Made by a program: the position numbers and the translations under genes
NCBI GenBank assembly: GCA_963715865.1
Contig: OY970280.1
Location: 416,001-480,000 of the forward strand
Direction of reading: 5' to 3'
Source of the DNA: Candidatus Bathyarchaeota archaeon
GTDB lineage: Archaea > Thermoproteota > Bathyarchaeia > Bathyarchaeales > Bathycorpusculaceae
DNA: 64,000 nt
Notes under the pieces: model-generated
What the model saw: the letters and a program-made list of their open reading frames with translations, nothing else
What the model was told of the DNA's origin: nothing
Database searches by the model: none
Part shown: one piece after another, positions 46,702 to 56,426 of the stretch
Layout: the number at the start of each line of letters is the position of its first letter
How positions within the stretch are numbered: position 1 is the first letter of the stretch

Positions 46702-49521
46702 TTAAGCAGAAGCAACCTCTGGCTGCTCTTGAACTTCACTTTTGTTTTCTTCCGAAACTTGTGTCATCTGCTGTTCTTCTACTGCAACTTTCTGTGAAAT
46801 CTGTGGTCGGAGACATCGGACATCCACATCCTCATTTTTGAGGTCTAAAATACCTTTCACTGTGCCGTCGCTTAAGTATTCAAGGTTGAAACCCATTTTC
46901 TTTGTCAGGCTTAAAGCTCTGTAATTATCCAGCAACATTATCGCATAGACGCTTTCAACGCCCATTTCCTTTGCAATGTCAAGCACGTAATCCACCATTT
47001 TAGTGCCTAAGCCTAAACCCTGCCAGTAGTCAGTTATAATGAAAGCCATTTCACCGCTTTTTCCGTTTGGTTCTATGCTAAGGCGGCTTACTCCCAATAT
47101 TTTCCGTTGTCCATTTTCCACTACTTCAGCAACAATGGCTATTTCTCGGTCGTAGTCAATGTTGCAGTAGCGTACTCGAACTTCATGTGGTGTATCTTTA
47201 AGTATCTGGAAGAACCGATAGCGGATAGATTCCTCGGAGAAGCTTTGGAACATTTCCAGCCACATGGGTTCATCTTCAGGTTTTATGGGTCGCAGCAACA
47301 CTTCTTGGCCGTTTTTAAGAGACCACAGCATCTCGTATTTTTTGGGGTAAGGACTAATCACCATATGCTCGTGAGGTTCAAATTTCTTGCAAACTTTATC
47401 TTTGTCAATTACTATTCGTGCATCAATGATGCAAGCTTCTTTCTCATTTATCAATAGCGGATTGATGTCGATCTCTTTTATCTGCGGAAAATCAATAAGT
47501 AACTGAGAAAAGAGCAGCATAGTTTCATCAAGCCGTTTAAGATCAACGGGCGGCGTGTTACGATATCCTTTCAAAAGCTGGTAAACCTTTGTTTCCTCCA
47601 TCATGCGGCGAATGAGCGTCGTATTTAACGGTGGAAGCCCGATGGAATAGTCCTTGAAGAGTTCCACACCTACACCGCCCATTCCGAACAGGATCACTGG
47701 TCCAAAGACAGGATCGGTTTTTCCGCCGATTATTATTTCATAACCTTTTTTCTCAATCATAGGTTGGACTGCAACGCCGATTATTTGGGCATTCGGGTTG
47801 TAGGCAGTTGCTCTTTGAATTAAAATGTCAAAGGCTTCACGTACCTCACCTGCCGAATTTATGTTTAAGATAACTCCGTCCGCATCACTTTTGTGGACAA
47901 TTTGAGGTGAAAGAATCTTTAAAACTACAGGGTAGCCCATTTCCTGCGCAAGCGTAACTGCTTCATCAACATTGTTGGCAACGCCAGTTTTTACAACTGG
48001 AAAATTGTAGTATTTGAGCACTTTTTTTGCTTCATCTTCAGTTAATACTTCACGGTTTTCAAACCATGCGTTTCTCAGTATAGCCATAATGGGACGTTTA
48101 GGTGGTGAAGCATCAACCGGTAACTCTTCAGGAGTTTCATAAAGAAGCCCGAGATTGCGCTGGTAAGTGTACATGTACATGTAGGTTTTGGTTGCTTGCT
48201 CAGGCATAGAGTAAGTTGGAATGTTGTTGGCGTTAAAAATATTGTTTGCCTCTTGCACCGCATCAAAACCCATGAAAGAGGTGAGAATTGTTTTGTTTTG
48301 GTAGGCTTTGCTACGAATAAGTTCAACTATGCCTTTTGCTATTTCCACTGGTTCTGAACCTGCTTGCTGAGTAAAAATAATTAGTATTCCATCGATAGTA
48401 TCATCGTTAAGGCAAGCTTCAACCGCGGCTTTATATCCGTCAGCGCTAGCATCCCCAAGAACGTCAATCGGGTTGCCTTTGCTCCAGAAAGGAGGCAAAA
48501 CACTGTTAAGCGTATTCATTGTTTTCTCACTCAGTTTAGCCAATTTGCCGCCGTGAGCAATCAAAGCGTCAGTAGCCATTACTCCAGGCCCGCCAGCGTT
48601 AGTTATTACGGCAAGTCTTGGCCCTTTCGGCAACGGTTGGGTTCCTAAAACCTCAGCCGCATTAAACAAATCAGCTATTTCTTCAACCCGAACTATGCCT
48701 GCTCGTTTAAAAGCTGCGTCGTAAATGTCATCTTCTCCTGAAAGTGAACCAGTGTGAGAAGCAACGGCCTTTGCGCTCTCAGCAAATTTGCCTGATTTCA
48801 CAACAATTATGGGTTTGGTTCTTGCAAAGTGTCTTGCTGCACTCATGAACTTGCGGGCTTCTGTTATTCCTTCTATATACATTAGTATACTCTTAGTTTT
48901 TGGGTCAGAACCAAAATAATCAATTAAATCGCCAAAGTCCACGTCAATCATTGACCCAACTGAAACAAAGTTGCTGAAGCCGATGTTTTCGTGAATTGCC
49001 CAGTCCAAAATGGCTGAGCCTAAAGCGCCACTTTGAGACAGAAAAGCAATGTTGCCTGGTTTAGGCACCTTATCCAAGAAGGTGGCATTGAGATTTATTC
49101 TGGGACGGATTATGCCAATGCAGTTTGGACCAATAACTCGAATGCCATATTTTTTGGCGGCTTCAAGAATTTTCTCTTCCAAAGCCTTACCTTCAGGACC
49201 TGTCTCCTTGAAGCCGGCAGAAACAATAATTACGCCTTTCACATGTGCCCTTCCACATTCCTCCATAACGTCAGGAACGGTTTTGGCAGGCGTAGCAATC
49301 ATAGCTAAATCAACAGCCTCAGGAATCTGATCGACTGTTTTGTAAGTTTTAACCCCTAAAATCTCGGGCTTTCGAATATTCACAAAGTAAACTTTACCAG
49401 CGTAGCCTAACTGGGTAAAATTTTTAACTATCGCGTAGCCTACTGAACCTTCAACGTCGCTGGCCCCAATGATAGCTACATTTTGAGGGTTGAAAATCTT
49501 GTCAAGGTTTAATGTAACCAT
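46702..49521 (-). CDS. ADP-forming acyl-CoA synthetase (alpha+beta) fused to a C-terminal GNAT acetyltransferase (Pat/PatZ-like)
   Basis: CoA-binding domain, GPNCIG, SQSGALG, SHTGSL, ATP-grasp (LKILSPQIVHKSD, DPVFGPVI) and GNAT (WQGLGLGT). Confidence 0.9.
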   Translation of the reverse strand: MVTLNLDKIFNPQNVAIIGASDVEGSVGYAIVKNFTQLGYAGKVYFVNIRKPEILGVKTYKTVDQIPEAVDLAMIATPAKTVPDVMEECGRAHVKGVIIVSAGFKETGPEGKALEEKILEAAKKYGIRVIGPNCIGIIRPRINLNATFLDKVPKPGNIAFLSQSGALGSAILDWAIHENIGFSNFVSVGSMIDVDFGDLIDYFGSDPKTKSILMYIEGITEARKFMSAARHFARTKPIIVVKSGKFAESAKAVASHTGSLSGEDDIYDAAFKRAGIVRVEEIADLFNAAEVLGTQPLPKGPRLAVITNAGGPGVMATDALIAHGGKLAKLSEKTMNTLNSVLPPFWSKGNPIDVLGDASADGYKAAVEACLNDDTIDGILIIFTQQAGSEPVEIAKGIVELIRSKAYQNKTILTSFMGFDAVQEANNIFNANNIPTYSMPEQATKTYMYMYTYQRNLGLLYETPEELPVDASPPKRPIMAILRNAWFENREVLTEDEAKKVLKYYNFPVVKTGVANNVDEAVTLAQEMGYPVVLKILSPQIVHKSDADGVILNINSAGEVREAFDILIQRATAYNPNAQIIGVAVQPMIEKKGYEIIIGGKTDPVFGPVILFGMGGVGVELFKDYSIGLPPLNTTLIRRMMEETKVYQLLKGYRNTPPVDLKRLDETMLLFSQLLIDFPQIKEIDINPLLINEKEACIIDARIVIDKDKVCKKFEPHEHMVISPYPKKYEMLWSLKNGQEVLLRPIKPEDEPMWLEMFQSFSEESIRYRFFQILKDTPHEVRVRYCNIDYDREIAIVAEVVENGQRKILGVSRLSIEPNGKSGEMAFIITDYWQGLGLGTKMVDYVLDIAKEMGVESVYAIMLLDNYRALSLTKKMGFNLEYLSDGTVKGILDLKNEDVDVRCLRPQISQKVAVEEQQMTQVSEENKSEVQEQPEVASA

Positions 49522-49677
49522 TTCTCAATTTAACCTCTGCGTTATGGGTCGTGCAACAGCATAAATTAAAGTTTATTGTTCCATAATCTTTATTTTCGGA
49601 TGAGCTTCAGTATTTTAAAAAGCAAAAACTAACGTTTAAAGATTACATAGCTGGGTAAACAGCGCTTAAAACTAAGG

Positions 49678-50124
49678 TTACTGGAAATACTTTTTGATTT
49701 CATCAAGCGAAAGAATAGCAACGCCATTAGCGGTTAACATTTGCTCTGCCTTCTCGATGCTGCTAGGGCGCAGTATCAACGCAACTTTGCCGTCAGCGTG
49801 AACAGCTGATGAATAAGCGTATTCTATGTTTATGCCTCCGTCGCCTAAAATCTTGGTTATCTTTGACAGCGTTTCCTGCGCAGTTATGAAGATCGCAGTT
49901 ACTTCCGTGTTCTTCTTGGACTTAGCAAGATTAAAGTCGGCATCTTCCAAGAACTTAGCAGCTTTCTCAGGCTCTTCAGTTATCAACCGCACTAAACCAA
50001 ACTCTCCTGCCTCAGCAATTGATAACGCGAAAACTTTCATTTTGTTTTGATCGAGCCGCGACATAACATCAAAAAGGGAACCCGGATGATTATCAAGAAA
50101 GACGCTTACTTGAGTTATAGGCAA
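49678..50124 (-). CDS. Tandem ACT-domain protein of the type associated with phenylacetate-CoA ligase
   Basis: QVSVFLDNHPGSL, LSIAEAGEFGLVRLI and GINIEYAY motifs. Confidence 0.8.
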   Translation of the reverse strand: MPITQVSVFLDNHPGSLFDVMSRLDQNKMKVFALSIAEAGEFGLVRLITEEPEKAAKFLEDADFNLAKSKKNTEVTAIFITAQETLSKITKILGDGGINIEYAYSSAVHADGKVALILRPSSIEKAEQMLTANGVAILSLDEIKKYFQ

Positions 50125-50353
50125 ACACGACACCCATACCTCAATTGTTTCAAACGATATTTAACTTTAACCAAAGTATTTTGAAGGAGAAATTGATGGT
50201 TTTTCAGAGTGTTTCCGGAAATTGGTTTAAGTTTTTCTGCCTGAGTTTAAGCACTGATTGTACCAAATGGAACACAAATGCTACAATTTGTGACATAAAA
50301 GTCGCAATATTTAATAGATATCCTTATCCTTAGAAAGAGTTATCCCTAAAAAA

Positions 50354-50584
50354 GTGAAAAAAATAATGATTAATCCCGTAAATTCAAATTTTCAAAATAA
50401 GGATAACAAAGCTAAATGTCCAGACTGTGATTCAGAATTAAATGTTCCATGCGACATAGAAAAAGGAGAAGTACTGAGTTGTCCTAGTTGTGGACTTGAA
50501 CTTGAAGTTAAAAAAATAACTGGTGGAGGTGGATGCGTAGATCTTCAAGAGTTAACTATTGAAGGCGAAGATTGGGGCGAATAA
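50354..50584 (+). CDS. lysW: Amino-group carrier protein LysW/ArgW
   Basis: CPDC...CPSCGLELEV zinc ribbon and the C-terminal EDWGE motif. Confidence 0.9.
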   Translation: MKKIMINPVNSNFQNKDNKAKCPDCDSELNVPCDIEKGEVLSCPSCGLELEVKKITGGGGCVDLQELTIEGEDWGE

Positions 50585-50798
50585 GAGTATTCGCTAAAAT
50601 TTCACTTGTTTTTTAAACACTTTTTCCTATTTTTATTTAAGTTTTCGATTGGGACACGCTAAATAAAATTAAATTGGTTGGTTGGACTAAACATTAGTCA
50701 AGAATCCTCCTGTTGAAAACTTATGAATGAAACAGTATTTTTACCAAACTTTATATTTGCACTTTGAATAATTCCTTGCTAATCGGAGAACGGCTAAT

Positions 50799-51536
50799 TT
50801 GCTAAAGTGCACAGAAGTCTCAAAGCAGTTTGGCGGACTTCAAGCATTAAAAAAAGTAGATTTCACAGTAAACAGCAATGAGATAGCTGGGCTTGTTGGA
50901 CCCAACGGGTCGGGTAAATCTACACTTTTGAACCTTATCAGTGGCGTGTACAAGCCAGATTCTGGAAAAATATTTTTTTTAGACGAAGACATCACGAAAC
51001 TTCCTCCTTACAAAATTTGCGCTAAAGGCATAACTAAGACATCTCAAACCGTTCAATCCTTCCCAGAAATGACCGCCGTGGAAAATGTGTTAACCAGCGT
51101 ACTCTTTAACGAGAAAAAATCCACAGGCAAAATAGAAGCATTGCCTAAAGCAAAAGAACTATTGGATTTCGTGGATTTAAGCAAAGAAAAATTTGATGTA
51201 CCAGCAAAAAACCTAAACGTTGTTGAGTTACGGCGTGTCCAACTTGCCAAAGCTTTAGCAACAAGTCCTAAACTGCTTCTTTTAGATGAATTACTCACGG
51301 GTTTAACTCCAGCAGAATGTGACGAAGCCATCGAACTAATCAAACTCATTAACAAGCAAGGGGTAACCGTGCTCATAGTTGAACATGTAATGAGAGTAAT
51401 AATGGGTTTATGCGATCATGTGATTGTCTTGCACCATGGCGAGAAAATCTGCGAAGGAACACCAAAACAAGTAGTTAATGATGAAAATGTAGTGAAAGTT
51501 TACTTGGGCAAAAGGTTTACGCTTTGTGAGGAGTAA
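50799..51536 (+). CDS. livG: Branched-chain amino acid-type ABC ATPase
   Basis: GPNGSGKST, LLLLDE and VEHVM motifs. Confidence 0.88.
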   Translation: MLKCTEVSKQFGGLQALKKVDFTVNSNEIAGLVGPNGSGKSTLLNLISGVYKPDSGKIFFLDEDITKLPPYKICAKGITKTSQTVQSFPEMTAVENVLTSVLFNEKKSTGKIEALPKAKELLDFVDLSKEKFDVPAKNLNVVELRRVQLAKALATSPKLLLLDELLTGLTPAECDEAIELIKLINKQGVTVLIVEHVMRVIMGLCDHVIVLHHGEKICEGTPKQVVNDENVVKVYLGKRFTLCEE

Positions 51537-51539
51537 AAC

Positions 51540-52244
51540 GTGTTAGAAACCCAAAACTTATCCGCGTCGTATGGCATGGTGCAAATACTCCGCGACGTAA
51601 CCTTCAAAGTGGAAGAGAAAGAAATAGTCAGCATCATCGGACCTAACGGAGCTGGAAAAACAACCCTTGTAAAAACAATCATGGGTTTCTTGCATCCAAA
51701 AAACGGAACAATCAAGTTTAAAGGCGAAAACATTGAGAAACTGCCCCCATACGAGATAGTCAAGAAAGGAATTACAATGATTCCTGAAGGCAGAGAAATC
51801 TTCCCCCGCATGACCATCGAGGAAAACCTGCTTTTGGGCGCCTACACAATAAAAGACAAAGCCAAGATTAAGGAAACTAAGGAGAAGGTTTACCAGATTT
51901 TTCCTGTCCTAAAAAAGAAGGAAAAAGCGTTAGCTCAAACGCTCAGCGGCGGCGAACAGCAAATGCTTGTTATTTGCCGAAGTTTAATGTCTAATCCTCA
52001 ACTGTTAATTCTAGACGAGCCTTCATTGGGACTGGCACCAATCATCGTGGAAAAAGTGTTAGACACTATACGCACAATCAACGAAGAAGGCGTAACCGTC
52101 TTGCTGGTTGAACAGAACATTCACGATTCATTAAATGTGGCTGACAGGGGCTATGTTCTCGAGGAAGGAAGAATCGTTTTAGAAGGAAGGAGTAGGGAAC
52201 TTTTATCTAACAGTCACATAAAAGAAGTGTATCTAGGCCTTTAA
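51540..52244 (+). CDS. livF: Branched-chain amino acid-type ABC ATPase
   Basis: GPNGAGKT, LSGGEQQM and LDEPSLGLAP motifs. Confidence 0.9.
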   Translation: MLETQNLSASYGMVQILRDVTFKVEEKEIVSIIGPNGAGKTTLVKTIMGFLHPKNGTIKFKGENIEKLPPYEIVKKGITMIPEGREIFPRMTIEENLLLGAYTIKDKAKIKETKEKVYQIFPVLKKKEKALAQTLSGGEQQMLVICRSLMSNPQLLILDEPSLGLAPIIVEKVLDTIRTINEEGVTVLLVEQNIHDSLNVADRGYVLEEGRIVLEGRSRELLSNSHIKEVYLGL

Positions 52245-52261
52245 GAGAGAAGGAACAAAAA

Positions 52262-53581
52262 ATGGTAGACGGCAAATACTGGAACGAAAAAATCGAAACC
52301 ATGCCCACTGAAGAACTAAAAAAGTATCAACTTAAAAAACTAAAAGAGCAGGTAAAAAACTGTTATGAAAACAGCATTTTTTACAAGAAAAAATTTGATA
52401 GCGCGGGATTGAAACCTGAAAAAATACGCTCACTAGAAGACCTCCAGAAAATTCCTTTCACAGTAAAGAACGATTTACGAGACAACTACCCGTTCGGCAT
52501 GGTTACCGCTAAATCTGACGAAATAGTAGAGATTCATGCTTCAAGCGGCACAACTGGAAACCCAATAATCAGCGCCTACACCAAAAACGACATGGATATT
52601 TGGCAAGAAGTAATGGCAAGATCCATCTACACCACAGGCGGAAGACAGCAAGATGTCATACACATCGCTTATGGCTATGGTTTATTCACTGGCGGATTAG
52701 GTTTTCACTATGGTGCTCAAAAAGTCGGAGCCACAATCATTCCTGCGAGCGGCGGAATGACACAGCGCCAAATAAAGCTCATGAAGGACTTGGGCGCCAC
52801 AATCTTAGCCTGCACGCCAAGCTTCGCAGTTTACCTTGCTGAAACCATGGCTCAGGAAGGCGTTGACCCAAGAAAAGACCTCAAACTTAAAAGCGGAATG
52901 TTCGGGGCAGAACCATGGTCAGACAAGATTAGAGAAAGAATCGAGAAAGAGTTGGGAATTGAGGCTTTTGATGTTTACGGGTTAACCGAACTGTGCGGTC
53001 CAGGCGTTTCCATCGAATGCTCTGAGCATAAGGGAATGCATATTTGGGAAGACCACTTTATTGTGGAAACAATTGACCCTGACACAGGAGAGGCTCTGCC
53101 TGCCGGAGAAGAAGGCGAATTAGTCTTCACAACCCTTACTAAAACAGGCTTACCCATGCTAAGATACAGAACAAGAGACATCTCCAAAATTGAAACAGAA
53201 AAATGCAAATGCGGACGCACACACGCCAGAATGATGCGTGTGCATGGAAGGTCTGATGACATGTTGATTGTACGTGGAGTAAACGTTTTTCCCTCACAAA
53301 TTGAGTATGCAGTGATGTGCTTCTCCGAATTAGCGACACAGTACTTAATAGTTCTTGACAGACCTGGAGCCTTGGACACGTTTTTGGTTAAGGTTGAATT
53401 GTCTGAGCAAGCCGCTAACAACCCGCAGTTGGACAAGAATGCGTTAAAGAATAGCATTCAGCAGAGAATTCACATTGTTACTGGGTTAACAGCTGACGTT
53501 GAAATCGTTAAGCCAGGCGAGCTTCCGAGAACTGAGGGAAAAGCAAAAAGAGTTCTGGATTTGCGCAAGGGCAAAATGTAA
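52262..53581 (+). CDS. paaK: Phenylacetate-CoA ligase
   Basis: HASSGTTG, YGYGLFTGGLG, YGLTEL, RYRTRD, GRSDDM and EGKAKRV motifs. Confidence 0.92.
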   Translation: MVDGKYWNEKIETMPTEELKKYQLKKLKEQVKNCYENSIFYKKKFDSAGLKPEKIRSLEDLQKIPFTVKNDLRDNYPFGMVTAKSDEIVEIHASSGTTGNPIISAYTKNDMDIWQEVMARSIYTTGGRQQDVIHIAYGYGLFTGGLGFHYGAQKVGATIIPASGGMTQRQIKLMKDLGATILACTPSFAVYLAETMAQEGVDPRKDLKLKSGMFGAEPWSDKIRERIEKELGIEAFDVYGLTELCGPGVSIECSEHKGMHIWEDHFIVETIDPDTGEALPAGEEGELVFTTLTKTGLPMLRYRTRDISKIETEKCKCGRTHARMMRVHGRSDDMLIVRGVNVFPSQIEYAVMCFSELATQYLIVLDRPGALDTFLVKVELSEQAANNPQLDKNALKNSIQQRIHIVTGLTADVEIVKPGELPRTEGKAKRVLDLRKGKM

Positions 53582-53593
53582 AGGACTTAGCAT

Positions 53594-55786
53594 ATGACTT
53601 CCAAGATTGCAGTAAATAAGCCGGGCAGTTTTGCCTTGCTTAACGGCGATGAAGCAGTGGCTAGAGGTGCAGTCGAAGCAGGAGTTAAAGTTGCAGCCTC
53701 GTACCCTGGAACGCCAGCTACTGAAATTTTGGAAGCCTTAGCCGAAGTTTCAAAGGAATTTGACATTTATGCAGAATGGAGCACAAACGAGATTGTAGCC
53801 ACAGAAGTTGCTGCAGGCGCTTCAATGGCAGGCGTCAGAGCCATTGTTTCGATGAAGCATGTTGGCTTAAACGTCGCCGCAGACGCAGCCATGACATTGG
53901 CATACACGGGCATTGAAGGCGGAATGGTTATTGCCGTCTGTGATGACCCAGCATTGCATAGTAGCCAAAACGAGCAAGACAACAGGTACTTTGCTGTCCA
54001 CTCGAAGTTGCCATTGTTGGATGCTGGCAGTCCGCAGGAAGCTTTGGATATGGCGAGGGAAGCTTTTGAATTAAGCGAAAAATTGCATTTGCCAGTGATT
54101 TTGCGGCTAACAACCAGAGTGGCGCATGGAAAGGCAAGAGTGAAACTGGGCGAGTTTCAGAAAATCAAGCGGAAACCTGAGTTTGACAAGAACAGCTCAA
54201 GATGGGTGATGGTGCCTTCTAACGCTATTAGGCAGCATAGGGTTTTAGAGGGCAGGTTGACGGAAGCAAAAAAGCTTGCTAATGATTCAAAGTTTAATGT
54301 GGTTGAGGACAATGGAAGCGAAATAGGCATAATTGGAAGCGGAGTAGGCTACTATTACGCACGTTCAGTTCTGGATACAAAAAAGTTTTCGTGGTTAAAA
54401 TTAGGTTTTGTTTACCCTTTCCCAGAGGAAGTAGTTAAAAAATTCGCTTCAAAAGCTAAGAAGCTAATAGTGATTGAAGAGTTAAGACCATACATTGAGG
54501 AAAACATTCAGCGGTTAAATTTCCAAGTATGCGGAAAAAGCCAGTTAGGCTTAGAAGAGATAGGCGAATTCACGCCCGATAACGTGCGCCAAGCCTTTGC
54601 AAGTTTAGGATTGACCGCTAAAGCAGAACCGCAGGAGCCTCTGGATTTGCAGCCTCGACCGCCAGCTCTTTGCCCAGGATGCCCTCACAGAGCGTTTTAT
54701 TACGCTTTAAACATGGTTAACCAGTACGTTAATTGTGACAACGAGAAATGCGTTGGCTGCGACATTTGCGAGTACGCTTGCTCTTTTGAGAAAGAAAAAG
54801 TCTTCAACCCGCTTAAGTCGCGGATACGTTCGGTGAGGATTGGGCTAACTTTTAACACAGCAGTGACCTGCAAAGCCTGCAAAGATGCGCCGTGTGTCGC
54901 TGCCTGCCCGGAAGATGCGTTAACGCAATCACAAGAGACAGGAGTAATAACTGTTGACGAGGAGAAATGCAAAGGCTGTGACTGGTGCATCGAAGCATGC
55001 GAATACGGCGCCATAACATTGCATCCGAACAAGAACAAAGCAGTTGTCTGTGACATGTGCCAAGGCGACCCTAAATGCATCCCGCTATGTCCAGAAAGCG
55101 CTTTGAGTTTGACTGGAAAATCAAACGACAAAATCGTCACAGGCGACATCGGCTGCTATACGCTGGGTGTTTTGCCGCCTGTAAACACGGTTCAAACATG
55201 CCTGTGCATGGGAGCTGGAATTTCGCAGGCTGCAGGCATGGTTCATGCTGGCGTAAAGGACAAAGTATTCGCAGTCATTGGCGACTCCACCTTTTTCCAT
55301 GCGGGAATGCCTGGGCTGCTGAACATTGCGTACAACAAGGCTAACGTATGCGTAGTTATCATGGATAATAGCATAGTTGCAATGACAGGACATCAGCCAA
55401 CACCAGGGTCAGGAAAAACCGCTATGGGCACTGATGCTAAAATAATAAGAATTCAAGATGTTGCAAAGGGTCTTGGAATAGAAAAAGTAGACGTTGTTGA
55501 CCCCTATGACATTAAAGCCACAACCCAAGCAATAAGAAAAACTCTTGATTACAACGGTCCATCAGTCATTATATCCCAGAGACCATGCCCGCTTTTAATT
55601 GAGAAAGGTGACCCTAGAGAAGTTTTGGAAAAATGCAACGCTTGCGGAGTATGCGTGAAAGCCTTCGGTTGCCCCGCCATCTACTTATCAAGCGAACGCG
55701 CCGAGATAGATGCCACTCTCTGCTATGGATGCGGCGTCTGCGAAACTGTCTGTCCCTTTGAAGCCATAAGGAGAAAAGAAAAATGA
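53594..55786 (+). CDS. iorA: Indolepyruvate:ferredoxin oxidoreductase alpha with an inserted four-cluster ferredoxin
   Basis: YPGTP, WSTNE, MKHVGLNVAAD, SQNEQD, CPGCPHR, GDIGCYTLG and GDSTFFH motifs; insert of about 130 aa at about 54725-55116. Confidence 0.92.
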   Translation: MTSKIAVNKPGSFALLNGDEAVARGAVEAGVKVAASYPGTPATEILEALAEVSKEFDIYAEWSTNEIVATEVAAGASMAGVRAIVSMKHVGLNVAADAAMTLAYTGIEGGMVIAVCDDPALHSSQNEQDNRYFAVHSKLPLLDAGSPQEALDMAREAFELSEKLHLPVILRLTTRVAHGKARVKLGEFQKIKRKPEFDKNSSRWVMVPSNAIRQHRVLEGRLTEAKKLANDSKFNVVEDNGSEIGIIGSGVGYYYARSVLDTKKFSWLKLGFVYPFPEEVVKKFASKAKKLIVIEELRPYIEENIQRLNFQVCGKSQLGLEEIGEFTPDNVRQAFASLGLTAKAEPQEPLDLQPRPPALCPGCPHRAFYYALNMVNQYVNCDNEKCVGCDICEYACSFEKEKVFNPLKSRIRSVRIGLTFNTAVTCKACKDAPCVAACPEDALTQSQETGVITVDEEKCKGCDWCIEACEYGAITLHPNKNKAVVCDMCQGDPKCIPLCPESALSLTGKSNDKIVTGDIGCYTLGVLPPVNTVQTCLCMGAGISQAAGMVHAGVKDKVFAVIGDSTFFHAGMPGLLNIAYNKANVCVVIMDNSIVAMTGHQPTPGSGKTAMGTDAKIIRIQDVAKGLGIEKVDVVDPYDIKATTQAIRKTLDYNGPSVIISQRPCPLLIEKGDPREVLEKCNACGVCVKAFGCPAIYLSSERAEIDATLCYGCGVCETVCPFEAIRRKEK

Positions 55787-56370
55787 AACTGGACATCGTT
55801 TTCAGCGGCGTTGGCGGGCAAGGAGTGGTAGTTTTAAGTGATATTTACTGTGAAGCCGCCATGCTGGACGGCTTTGATGTGGCGAAGGCAGAGGTTCATG
55901 GTATGGCGCAGCGTGGAGGGTCAATAGTGGCATACGCAAGAATCGGCGATAAAGTTGAATCTCCCCTGATTGAAACTGGAAAAGCCGACGTGCTAGTTGG
56001 TTTTGAAATTCTTGAAACTGCAAGAGCTCTTCCAATGCTAAAGAAGAACGGCACCGTAATCGTTAACATGAAGTACATTCAGCCAAACTGCATGGTTTCA
56101 GGTACCAAACCTAAGAAAATAGAAGAATTGATGCAACTGTTGAGGTCTAGAGCTACGGTTCATGAAGTTGACGGGATAGGCATCGCTGAAAAGCTAGGCA
56201 ACCTGTTGGTTGTGAATACCATTCTGCTTGGAGCACTCTCTGCTTTGCCTAAGGTTCCGGTGAAGAGGGAGTCTTTTGAGCAGGCGATAGCTGGTAGGCT
56301 TAAAGAAAAGTACGTCAGTTTGAACCTCAAAGCGTTCAACCTAGGCAGAGAAAGCGTGTTAATCAGTTAA
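55783..56370 (+). CDS. iorB: Indolepyruvate:ferredoxin oxidoreductase beta
   Basis: GVGGQG and EVHGMAQRGGS motifs. Confidence 0.93.
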   Translation: MKLDIVFSGVGGQGVVVLSDIYCEAAMLDGFDVAKAEVHGMAQRGGSIVAYARIGDKVESPLIETGKADVLVGFEILETARALPMLKKNGTVIVNMKYIQPNCMVSGTKPKKIEELMQLLRSRATVHEVDGIGIAEKLGNLLVVNTILLGALSALPKVPVKRESFEQAIAGRLKEKYVSLNLKAFNLGRESVLIS

Positions 56371-56426
56371 TTTTATTAGCTGTACGCTTCGAAATATAGC
56401 AAACAAAAAAGAGAGAGGAAAATAAT

